60,936 nt of DNA from a virus: the IMG/VR virus record IMGVR_UViG_3300015241_000003; one strand, 5' to 3'. The translations under genes and the position numbers were made by a program. Positions 51,628 to 59,409 of the stretch are shown here, in pieces. The stretch's first letter is position 1, and each line of letters begins with the position of its first letter. Under the pieces are notes generated by a model that did no database searches, had not been told where the DNA came from, and saw only the letters and a list, made by a program, of their open reading frames with translations.

Positions 51628-51667
51628 TAGTCAAATACTTGACTAGGCTAATATAATCGGATATACT
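51628..51667 (+). promoter_or_regulatory. promoter TTGACT-17-TATACT overlapped by palindrome TAGTCAAATACTTGACTA
   Basis: -35 at 51639-51644 and -10 at 51662-51667. A perfect 7-bp-arm inverted repeat lies at 51628-51645. Confidence 0.6.
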
Positions 51668-51852
51668 ATGTTTGTTGTTTAAATTCTACGAGTAAGTAGT
51701 CCCCTGTAGTATGTCCCTGTAGCCCAAAACGTTGAAATGCTGGGTACCAGCCCACGAAGCAGTCACCCAGCATTTGTTCAACCAGTAGTTTACCCACGGG
51801 TCTAATTCAATTATAGAGCGACGTGGGTAGCGAGTCAAAAGGAGAATTATCC

Positions 51853-52152
51853 ATGGCAATGAACAATCCCCAACCCAGCAATTCAGTAGAAAAAGCTGAA
51901 ACCATCCTGGAAACCCTCAAAGCAGAAGCCAAGAGCGCATTCGAGGCGAAGGATGTTTTCTTGATGAGCGTCCTGACTCAGTTGATCAAAGTTGCATCGC
52001 CCATCGTGACCACGGCTATTGCAAGGCAACATCGTGAGCAGCGATCCAAGATTAATGCAGCCCACAAAGTCTTGCGCAAGGAAGCTGCCGACGAGAGGAA
52101 AGCTGCAAGGGAGAATCCTTCCACATCAGAGCCGGACCTATCGGACCTGTAG
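51853..52152 (+). CDS. hypothetical protein
   Basis: ATG 51853 after AAGGAG. The 99-aa product is helical. Confidence 0.5.
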   Translation: MAMNNPQPSNSVEKAETILETLKAEAKSAFEAKDVFLMSVLTQLIKVASPIVTTAIARQHREQRSKINAAHKVLRKEAADERKAARENPSTSEPDLSDL

Positions 52153-52168
52153 TGCTCTTAGTCAGCGC

Positions 52169-52207
52169 CATAGCCGCGACATAGTTTATGCGCGGCTATG
52201 ATTTTCC
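52169..52207 (+). terminator. intrinsic terminator
   Basis: CATAGCCGCG-..-CGCGGCTATG followed by ATTTTCC. Confidence 0.6.
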
Positions 52208-52326
52208 CCGCTTAGCAATGCAGATTTACGCTTTTTTATGTCGTATTGATCTCAGAATTAAAATTGTTTCTCAAAATACTTCTGGATTAATCGGCATTAA
52301 GAGAGTTGATAGAAAGTTGATTAATC

Positions 52327-53286
52327 ATGAGTCTCAAGACCAAGGCGCTCACCTACATCATGAATAAATTGGAGCCAGACAACCTTGTCGATCCAAATGC
52401 AAAGACATCAACTGCTATGGCCCCTGCCACAAACGAGCAAATAGCAACTATGCCAGAAACAGCAAAGGATGCAGAGGTTGTGTCTGGTACGTTTGTCCCT
52501 GATATCCAGATTAACACGGCAAAGGGTAGCGACGCCCTGGCTCATACAGAGCGAATACGTGAAACTGTTGAGTCATTCAACGAGGATAAGCAAACACTTC
52601 TCGAATGGCTGGTAGTCAAATTCTTTACGGTATTGGCATACCTTTTGCCTGTCCTGATAGCTTGGGTAGTTGGCAGTGCAATAGGGCAAGTATGGGCGGG
52701 TAAATTTGATTGGGGGAACGCTTGGAGTGTGTATAGCTACGCAATTAGCATCGGCTTAGAAATGATGATTCCAGTCATGGGCTACGCGGTAACAGTCGCC
52801 ACAAAGCGAGCGATGAAAGACCATTCTCAAATGGTATGGCCAATCGTTTTAGCCGTTCTTTTCTTCGCTCTTGCAGTAGGCAATAGCTTTGCTCAAATGT
52901 TCATGATTGACAGCCATATAAAGATTGCAAACAATGATTTTAAAGGGCAAGCATCGCTCTACTTTCGTAGCTTTGCACCGCTCGTTATCGACCTGATTGC
53001 GACCATTTTCCTCACCATTGTCACGGTGAAGAACCAGCGCAAATTCATCAAGGATATGCAGGAAAAAGAGGAGGCCATTAACTCTGTAGCGCGTTCTGAG
53101 ATTAAGGTTGAAGCAGCATTTGACCAAGCGGCTATTGATCGTGAAAACGCGCGGACTGAGCAGGAGCGCAAACGCATGGATAATGAACTACTTAGAGAGC
53201 TGACCAAACGTCGCAATAATGACACGTTGGGCGGTGATGACAATCCAAAAGACAACGGCAGGAGAGGCCGTCATGGTGGATGGTAG
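52327..53286 (+). CDS. multi-pass membrane protein with C-terminal coiled coil
   Basis: 319 aa with about four hydrophobic segments (e.g. FFTVLAYLLPVLIAWVVGSAIG, VWPIVLAVLFFALAVG). Confidence 0.55.
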   Translation: MSLKTKALTYIMNKLEPDNLVDPNAKTSTAMAPATNEQIATMPETAKDAEVVSGTFVPDIQINTAKGSDALAHTERIRETVESFNEDKQTLLEWLVVKFFTVLAYLLPVLIAWVVGSAIGQVWAGKFDWGNAWSVYSYAISIGLEMMIPVMGYAVTVATKRAMKDHSQMVWPIVLAVLFFALAVGNSFAQMFMIDSHIKIANNDFKGQASLYFRSFAPLVIDLIATIFLTIVTVKNQRKFIKDMQEKEEAINSVARSEIKVEAAFDQAAIDRENARTEQERKRMDNELLRELTKRRNNDTLGGDDNPKDNGRRGRHGGW

Positions 53287-53776
53287 CTTACATCTTTCAG
53301 AGCGTCAGAAGCGTGCCCTGGTGGCTCACCAATTCGAGCTTCAGATGCCCAAATATCCTCTCAAGATTTTGGAGCGTCTGAGCAACTATCGCTATCGTAT
53401 GTACGACGAGAAACTAGAAGTTGAGGAGCTGGCAACGACGCTAGCTCACTCCTTTGACTTCTACGAATACCGCATGAACCTACGAGGTGGTATAGACCTG
53501 ATTGTCTGCCAACGTCATAATGCAGCATTGCCAGTATGGTGCTTGGAACTTGAAACAGCGATGCTCTACAAGCCAGGGACCGGACCTGAGCTAGAGCGTC
53601 CAGACCGCAAGAGGCGGACGCAGGATGAGCAGAGGCTATTCATCTCGCAATTGATCCTAGGAGTAGATGTTGCTCGCGAGGAGTTGCTGGAGCTAGACCC
53701 GCGTACACAGCAACGATACCTTGTGCTGAGGCAGAGGTATCTCAAGACAAGACCCGGGAGACCTTGGGTTAGTTGA
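53273..53776 (+). CDS. hypothetical protein
   Basis: ATG 53273 after GGAGAGG. The 167-aa ORF overlaps the upstream gene end. Confidence 0.5.
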   Translation: MVDGSLHLSERQKRALVAHQFELQMPKYPLKILERLSNYRYRMYDEKLEVEELATTLAHSFDFYEYRMNLRGGIDLIVCQRHNAALPVWCLELETAMLYKPGTGPELERPDRKRRTQDEQRLFISQLILGVDVAREELLELDPRTQQRYLVLRQRYLKTRPGRPWVS

Positions 53777-53789
53777 AAGGATTTCATTC

Positions 53790-54146
53790 ATGTATCAGGA
53801 CCCATTTGATCTGATGTGTGAGCGTATTATGACTATTATCACATGTCTAGTGCTGATGATGGCATTAAGCGTGTATTATGTGTACACATCTGCAAAGTAT
53901 GCTATTATCTTTGCTTACCTTCGTTTGAAAGGCGTATATATTGATGTGTACTACTTTGCGCTCAGAAAGTGGAAGCATTTCTACTTGAGGCATATTGAGC
54001 TTTGGTTGGTTGTCTATGGCTTTAAACGATCAAAGACGTGGGTAGAGATAGAGCAGTATCGGCTAGAAGTGTCTGCCTATTGTGGCTATGAGATACCACG
54101 GACGCCTGATCTGGAGGAAGGCCTTAGGCAAGAGGGGTGCATCTAA
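53790..54146 (+). CDS. membrane protein
   Basis: 118 aa with the TM segment IITCLVLMMALSVYYVY. Confidence 0.45.
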   Translation: MYQDPFDLMCERIMTIITCLVLMMALSVYYVYTSAKYAIIFAYLRLKGVYIDVYYFALRKWKHFYLRHIELWLVVYGFKRSKTWVEIEQYRLEVSAYCGYEIPRTPDLEEGLRQEGCI

Positions 54147-54227
54147 TCCCATCCACAAAAGTAGCGCCTTTCCCACCAGGGTTAGGCGCTTTCTTTATGC
54201 TATATTTTGACAGAGGAGGAATAATCT

Positions 54228-54572
54228 ATGCTCAGCAAAGAACTCAAGCGCAAGCAGTACATTCTAAAAGTGCTCTCAGACATACATTCCGTTACTATCA
54301 TTCTAGAGCTCGTCAATGCTCGCGATGCTGGTAAGTATCCAATGCTACATAACGAGCTCTCGTATCTTGTGAACGTAGCGCAGCATGAAGCGATCAACTG
54401 GCAATGGGCTAAGAGAGAGCTTGTAGACAATCTGGGCATTGTAGAGCTGCTGGTAGAGGAGGGCAAGCCATACGGACCCGATAGCATATCGTATAGGCTC
54501 AATCCACAGATGGATAGCTTTTGTGCTGAGCTGATAGAAATGATGTTCAAAGCAGAAGTAGTCAAGCATTGA
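54228..54572 (+). CDS. hypothetical protein
   Basis: 114-aa ORF with a GGAGGA RBS. Confidence 0.5.
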   Translation: MLSKELKRKQYILKVLSDIHSVTIILELVNARDAGKYPMLHNELSYLVNVAQHEAINWQWAKRELVDNLGIVELLVEEGKPYGPDSISYRLNPQMDSFCAELIEMMFKAEVVKH

Positions 54573-54597
54573 CATCTGATGATACAATACCTGCATG

Positions 54598-54623
54598 AGA
54601 GGGCATCGAAAGGTGCTCTTTTT
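54598..54623 (+). terminator. intrinsic terminator (GAAA tetraloop)
   Basis: AGAGGGCATC-GAAA-GGTGCTCTTT followed by TTG. Confidence 0.65.
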
Positions 54624-54685
54624 GTGGGCTTTTTCAAGATGCAGAACAGGTATTTGCGAGATATCAAAACTGGTGCCAAAACCCC

Positions 54686-54714
54686 TTGACAGCAAGATAG
54701 CAATATACTATACT
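54686..54714 (+). promoter_or_regulatory. sigma70-type promoter TTGACA-17-TATACT
   Basis: -35 at 54686-54691 and -10 at 54709-54714. It shares the upstream CAAAACCCC string with the 56564 promoter. Confidence 0.65.
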
Positions 54715-54756
54715 TCTACTATACCAAGTGACACACAAACAAAGGAGATCAAAACA

Positions 54757-55122
54757 ATGGCAGCACTTTTACCAGAGGGATACACAGTTCGCAAGGTTGG
54801 CAATACTCTCAAGGTGGTCCCGATGAGGAAAAGAAGGGTTGCCATTGTGGAGGAGAAAGAAATGCTGAAAGCAGTGCGTGCAACCATCGGCAAGAAGCAA
54901 ATTTTTGAATGGCAGGAAAGTCTGCAAAAGACGATCCTTGCCAATAAGGATCAGTCTTTCACAGCAGACGAGATGTACGCGGCTCTTGAGAGCGTCTGTC
55001 GCGAGGGTGAAGACCTCGACAGCAAGCAATTTGTTACTGAGTATCTAAATGGATTTGTAAAGCATCCTTTCCCTCCTTTCCGCGTTCGCAAGGATGGGGA
55101 TCTCTACAAGCATGTCGGTTAG
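54757..55122 (+). CDS. hypothetical protein
   Basis: ATG 54757 after AAGGAG. 121 aa. Confidence 0.5.
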   Translation: MAALLPEGYTVRKVGNTLKVVPMRKRRVAIVEEKEMLKAVRATIGKKQIFEWQESLQKTILANKDQSFTADEMYAALESVCREGEDLDSKQFVTEYLNGFVKHPFPPFRVRKDGDLYKHVG

Positions 55123-55144
55123 TTCAGAAAGGAAAAATATCATT

Positions 55145-55372
55145 ATGGAAGCGTATTATGGTGTAGATCTCAGCAATTTGTCTGAAGAGGAAAAGACGGA
55201 TGCCTCTCAGCGGCTCCATGAGCTGCAAGAGACGTGCATGAGGCTTGAAGGTGAGGGCAAGATCGGAATTGTCTATGGTACGCCCAGTTGCGTCGAGTCC
55301 CTAAAAGAACAGGGATTTGATGTGGAACTCACCTATGAAGGTGTACACGGCAAAGTACACCAGGGAAGATAG
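55145..55372 (+). CDS. hypothetical protein
   Basis: ATG 55145. The 75-aa product is acidic. Confidence 0.45.
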   Translation: MEAYYGVDLSNLSEEEKTDASQRLHELQETCMRLEGEGKIGIVYGTPSCVESLKEQGFDVELTYEGVHGKVHQGR

Positions 55373-55374
55373 TT

Positions 55375-55734
55375 ATGGGCCAATTCAATATTAGGGAGAT
55401 GCCCGAAAGGGCTCTCCAACAATTAGAGGATTTGGTGGAATGGGCAGGATACACCAAGACGCAGCTCGTCTTGATAGCCATAGATCGACTATGGCTAGAG
55501 ACCAATGCAGATCGAAACAGACGGCTATCACCGCCCAAACAGAGCGGATACATTGAAATCCGCCTCACGCCTGAGCAGCTCGATCTTCAAGATGAGATCA
55601 ATGAGAAGTGCAAAGGTGTCAGCTTCCCAACGCCGCGAGACCCGTTCGACAAAACGTGTGTCATAGGTGTCTCAGTCGATACGGACACAGCATTCCTAGA
55701 TAATCTAGGAGTAGAGTACAAACAAGTAAAGTAG
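55375..55734 (+). CDS. ribbon-helix-helix (Arc/CopG-like) domain protein
   Basis: The N-terminal FNIREMPERALQQLEDLVEWAGYTKTQLVLIAIDRL fits a beta-alpha-alpha RHH pattern. Confidence 0.5.
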   Translation: MGQFNIREMPERALQQLEDLVEWAGYTKTQLVLIAIDRLWLETNADRNRRLSPPKQSGYIEIRLTPEQLDLQDEINEKCKGVSFPTPRDPFDKTCVIGVSVDTDTAFLDNLGVEYKQVK

Positions 55735-55788
55735 TCCCGCCAGTAGGTGGCAAGTCAGAAGCGTCGAGAGGCGCAAAAGGAGAAAGAA

Positions 55789-56013
55789 ATGTCTGGTCAG
55801 CGGAATGCCGAAAGGCATCAATACGAAATTTTTAGCACGCAAGAGGGTGTGTCCGACTGTGGGTATTGCAAGTGCAGTCCCTGCAAGTGCGATGGATTGG
55901 GAAATTATCCATGTGATCATGGGAGCTTTAAAGGATGTTCTATCTGCGAAAGCGCCGATAAGGCACTAGAATGGAAAACAAAAACAGGGAGATATTTTAA
56001 TCTTCCTAAATAG
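55789..56013 (+). CDS. Cys-rich small protein
   Basis: ATG 55789 after AAAGGAG. Motif CGYCKCSPCKCDGLGNYPCDHGSFKGCSIC. Confidence 0.5.
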   Translation: MSGQRNAERHQYEIFSTQEGVSDCGYCKCSPCKCDGLGNYPCDHGSFKGCSICESADKALEWKTKTGRYFNLPK

Positions 56014-56029
56014 CAAGCAGTCCCCTCAA

Positions 56030-56064
56030 AAGCCGTCGCACACACCAGCGACGGCTTCTTTTTG
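56030..56064. terminator. bidirectional intrinsic terminator
   Basis: AAGCCGTCGC-ACACACCA-GCGACGGCTT is flanked by an A-tract upstream and CTTTTTG downstream. It lies between convergent genes. Confidence 0.75.
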
Positions 56065-56070
56065 CCCTCT

Positions 56071-56385
56071 TCACCTCAGCGTGATCTTCAGCGCAAAAAC
56101 CGCCACCATCAGCTTGCCAAAGAATGCTGATAGCGTTATGAGCATGGCAATCCCCATAGCGACAAAGACTACACGGTAGCACGTCTTCTCAACGTCTATC
56201 CTCTGCTCTTTCAGGAGAGAGCGCCAGTATGGTGGCGGCGTCCACTCACGCTCAGGATAGGCAGATATACCGCTATAGCTACTCGGCTTGGGCATAGCTG
56301 GTATCTCTTGCTCTGTGTCAATGTACCGCTGATCGTCATTATGCATAGGCGGAATGCTGATGGGATAGGGCGTCTTGAACTGCAT
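56071..56385 (-). CDS. tail-anchored membrane protein
   Basis: 104 aa with a Pro-rich N-terminus and C-terminal TM segments VVFVAMGIAMLITLSAFFGKLMVAVFAL. Confidence 0.5.
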   Translation of the reverse strand: MQFKTPYPISIPPMHNDDQRYIDTEQEIPAMPKPSSYSGISAYPEREWTPPPYWRSLLKEQRIDVEKTCYRVVFVAMGIAMLITLSAFFGKLMVAVFALKITLR

Positions 56386-56563
56386 AGGGCGTGCCTCTTC
56401 ACAAAAGGGTGGTTGCCAATCCGCTAAATTACGCCGTCAGGGATGCACGGCCCTCATCGTGCAGGGTAGAGAAACGTGCAGCGGATCGGCATATCCAATT
56501 CTACTGGACAGTAGGCGGTGTGGTCAAGGTTGGCAGATATTTTGAAATTGGCCTCAAAACCCC

Positions 56564-56592
56564 TTGACACTTCGCATTATCTCGTATATACT
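56564..56592 (+). promoter_or_regulatory. sigma70-type promoter TTGACA-17-TATACT
   Basis: -35 at 56564-56569 and -10 at 56587-56592, preceded by CAAAACCCC. Confidence 0.65.
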
Positions 56593-56624
56593 ATATATAT
56601 GAAGTTACTTGAAAGGGTAAGGCA

Positions 56625-56903
56625 ATGACAAAGAAAATTACCAGCCAGAGAGAACTTGAGCAGTTCATGAGAGAGCTATTCCAGGAGAATGGTAAAGAGA
56701 TCTCTTGGATACTCAAAAAAGACTGCGGAAGATACTACCGCGTCTTTGTAGATAAGCAAATTGTTTCTGAAGTTCATGCCGATCAGTACAAGGCGTTCCA
56801 GGATGCTCTTGTTAAGAGCGGAATAAGCGGCAAATTGACATACAAGTGGAATACAAAAAAGGATGTTCCTGAATGGACGTATAAGGAGGCTGTCAATGCC
56901 TGA
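56625..56903 (+). CDS. hypothetical protein
   Basis: 92-aa ORF with an AAAGGGTAAGG RBS. Confidence 0.5.
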   Translation: MTKKITSQRELEQFMRELFQENGKEISWILKKDCGRYYRVFVDKQIVSEVHADQYKAFQDALVKSGISGKLTYKWNTKKDVPEWTYKEAVNA

Positions 56904-57258
56904 TATTCTTCTGAAAGAGGTCCCTGATGATATCGCTCAGGCTCTGAGTCAGATGGCTCAAGCTGCTGGCAAGGATCGGCATACATGGCTCAAAGAGCAA
57001 CTCACTATCCTTGCCTCCGGTCCAGTCATTCGCAAGCGCTATGCCATCAAGTTCTACAACGATGGCGAGAAGAGCGGTCTCATACGCCGCTTTGGTGATG
57101 AACTTACCTCAGTGGCTCACGATTTTGTTAGTCAGGAGACAGGGAAGGCTATTGAGAAAGCCACCGATCATGTTCGTCGCAATGAACAGGGAGACAAGGA
57201 AGAGGCCATGTGGCTCTTGAAGAATTGTTTCAATAATGTCTTTGAGGTTCCGGTGTGA
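56896..57258 (+). CDS. ribbon-helix-helix domain protein
   Basis: ATG 56896 after AAGGAGG. MPDILLKEVPDDIAQALSQMAQAAGKDRHTWLKEQL is RHH-like. Confidence 0.5.
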   Translation: MPDILLKEVPDDIAQALSQMAQAAGKDRHTWLKEQLTILASGPVIRKRYAIKFYNDGEKSGLIRRFGDELTSVAHDFVSQETGKAIEKATDHVRRNEQGDKEEAMWLLKNCFNNVFEVPV

Positions 57259-57452
57259 GCGAGCCCCAATTCTCTCCTGATGAGATAGCAGATTGCCGAT
57301 TCTACCTTATACGCCTCTGTGAGTTAGGCCCGCTCTATCCCGGTACGACAGCAGATGAAAAGATAGAGTATGTGCATCCTGAAGACAAAGAGCGGTTCTT
57401 GCGAGGCAGGGATGCCTATCTCAAAGGATGCGAGGTAGAAGAGGACGACTAA
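57255..57452 (+). CDS. hypothetical protein
   Basis: 65-aa ORF with a GTG start overlapping the upstream stop. Confidence 0.45.
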   Translation: MSEPQFSPDEIADCRFYLIRLCELGPLYPGTTADEKIEYVHPEDKERFLRGRDAYLKGCEVEEDD

Positions 57453-57457
57453 TCTTT

Positions 57458-57486
57458 GAAGCCCCGGGCGAGCAACCCGGGGCTTC
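57458..57486. terminator. hairpin terminator between convergent genes
   Basis: GAAGCCCCGGG-CGAGCAA-CCCGGGGCTTC (11-bp stem) followed by TTCAT. Confidence 0.65.
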
Positions 57487-57492
57487 TTCATG

Positions 57493-57879
57493 TCAAGCCT
57501 GCTGAGGCTTATTCACTTCTGCTATCTCAGGTACAGCAAGCGTTCCTTGCACCACTTTTGCCTGCTTGGTCTCCCACACGAACGATTCCAGAATGGTGTT
57601 CACGACCGTAGGGTCAAGGTTGTCGTACCCGAAGAATTTTGCCAGATTGTAGATAGCCATCTCGGCTTCCTTCCTCTTTTCCTCTGGTGTCATGTTCCCA
57701 AACTTCTGCTCTACCATCTGTACGGCGTGCTGCACGATGCTATCTAGCAAAGCTGCTCTATTGGCTGGCAAGGCTGCTTTGAGCTTGTGATAGAGCAAAG
57801 GCAGTAAGAGCAGCGCAAGAGGCCATAGAACATCTTGTACTAAGGGTTGAATGATCTGCATAATTTGTTGAATAGTCAT
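57493..57879 (-). CDS. holin candidate (LL-H-like: N-terminal TM plus helical tail)
   Basis: 128 aa with VLWPLALLLLPLLY as the TM segment. It is the last gene of the lysis cassette. Confidence 0.45.
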   Translation of the reverse strand: MTIQQIMQIIQPLVQDVLWPLALLLLPLLYHKLKAALPANRAALLDSIVQHAVQMVEQKFGNMTPEEKRKEAEMAIYNLAKFFGYDNLDPTVVNTILESFVWETKQAKVVQGTLAVPEIAEVNKPQQA

Positions 57880-57881
57880 GA

Positions 57882-58184
57882 TTATTCCCTTTCTTTCTTG
57901 TAAAAACCCACTCTCTCGAGTACTATCTTCCAGTACATAGAAGATTGGGCTGTACTAAACACGACGTGTGATATACCTATGAGAGAGAATAGGCGTGCGA
58001 ACATCATACTAAATGGCTGCTTGAATGCTGCAAGCATAATCCACGCACCGATGAATGACACGACAAAGAGGCATGCAACTATCACAGCCGCTTTATACTT
58101 AGTATTGCCGTAAAATTGCGGTATAACAAGACCTGCTAGGCAGAATATGAGAGGAATAATATCTACAGGGGAAAGAGTAAGCAC
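57882..58184 (-). CDS. holin candidate (three TM segments)
   Basis: Start placed at GTG 58184, 5 nt after GGAGG and right after the upstream stop. The product has three hydrophobic helices. Confidence 0.5.
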   Translation of the reverse strand: MLTLSPVDIIPLIFCLAGLVIPQFYGNTKYKAAVIVACLFVVSFIGAWIMLAAFKQPFSMMFARLFSLIGISHVVFSTAQSSMYWKIVLERVGFYKKERE

Positions 58185-58194
58185 GATCACCTCC

Positions 58195-58485
58195 TCACTT
58201 GGGTAGAAAATGCTCCACAACATTTAAAAGCAGCGTCCCGCCTATAATTGCCGCTGCCCACTGGACAATTTTCATGGATTGCCCAATCGTTGCGAGCGTT
58301 TTTGTTAGCTCGAGCTCTTTTGTAGTATCGGCATCGGTTTTCTTCCTGAGCGCCTCTTCTTGAGCATCAGCACGACGTATCTGCACTTTCAGCATTTCTT
58401 CTATCCGTATTTGTTGCTCTACAAGTTTGTCAAGCAATTGTTCATGTTTATCCACACGTGGGTCTCTTCCAAATTGATCAGGCAT
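58195..58485 (-). CDS. XhlA-like lysis-associated protein (coiled coil plus C-terminal TM)
   Basis: 96 aa with the coiled coil LLDKLVEQQIRIEEMLKVQIRR and then WAAAIIGGTLLLNVV. It lies directly after the lysin. Confidence 0.45.
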   Translation of the reverse strand: MPDQFGRDPRVDKHEQLLDKLVEQQIRIEEMLKVQIRRADAQEEALRKKTDADTTKELELTKTLATIGQSMKIVQWAAAIIGGTLLLNVVEHFLPK

Positions 58486-58494
58486 AGAGCCTCA

Positions 58495-59409
58495 CTATTG
58501 TATCTTCCCATTAGGGGTATACCAAGTTGATACGCCGTTGCTATACTCACATCTAGCATGAGCAAATTCCTGGCAAATGATATGCCCTCCAGACCAATTG
58601 TTACTGTCATACTCTTTCGTGATCGGTGGCCCGTAATGCCTGCCACGATTCACCCAGTCTGAGACCCACGCTTGATAAATGCCGGTGCCAGTAGCAGGAG
58701 CTGGCTGGCCCAATGTCCGTTCAAAGTAGCTCTTCCAGCAGTCGAGTGCCTCTTTGAGCTGATAAGCTGTAGGTTGTGCTGGTGTAGGCGGCATAGGTGG
58801 TTTTCCTCCTAGAAAGATGTTGGCATCAACAGTCGCGTTGATCCCAGGGATGTTTGTGGCACGGTCGGTATACTGGACAAACTCGTAGCTCGACCACGGC
58901 GCGGGAACCGGAGGCCGCTCGTCTGGTGTAAATTGCCAGTTTGCGAGCCACAATGGATAGCGTGCTAGTCGTACATCATACTGCAATCTGCTCTGAATGT
59001 AGTAGGTGCTGGCATAGAGCCCCGGAGCCTTGCCGTAGTTGGCTTCCTGCTGAGCAAGCCAAGTATATGCCCATGCACTCGTAGCCTCACCCACGTTCTC
59101 CTCAAAGTCAAGGATGAGTACATCCTGAGTGCGAAGATTGCCAACTACGCTCTTCTGCCAATTCGCCTCGTCAGCAGCATTGTTGAATTGGGGGTATGAG
59201 TAGTGATAGTAAATGATCATGTCGATTCCAGCAGCTAACGCACCTTCCCGATATGTTTGAAAGTGCGTATCCACATAGCCTAAGCCGTAGCTAGATCGCA
59301 TAGCAACACGGCTGATACCATCCCCCTGTGCTGACCATGCCTTGTACGCTTGCCAGTCAATTTGTTCCGGTTGGAATTGTGATAGGTCACAAAAAGTGGG
59401 TGTAGACAT
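58495..59409 (-). CDS. endolysin, GH25 muramidase domain plus C-terminal binding domain
   Basis: CDLSQFQPEQIDW..VAMRSSYGLGYVDTHFQTYREGALAAGIDMIIYYHYSYP follows the GH25 pattern (D.S.(W/F)Q..IDW, K...G..y.D..f, G.YH(Y/F)). Confidence 0.75.
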   Translation of the reverse strand: MSTPTFCDLSQFQPEQIDWQAYKAWSAQGDGISRVAMRSSYGLGYVDTHFQTYREGALAAGIDMIIYYHYSYPQFNNAADEANWQKSVVGNLRTQDVLILDFEENVGEATSAWAYTWLAQQEANYGKAPGLYASTYYIQSRLQYDVRLARYPLWLANWQFTPDERPPVPAPWSSYEFVQYTDRATNIPGINATVDANIFLGGKPPMPPTPAQPTAYQLKEALDCWKSYFERTLGQPAPATGTGIYQAWVSDWVNRGRHYGPPITKEYDSNNWSGGHIICQEFAHARCEYSNGVSTWYTPNGKIQ

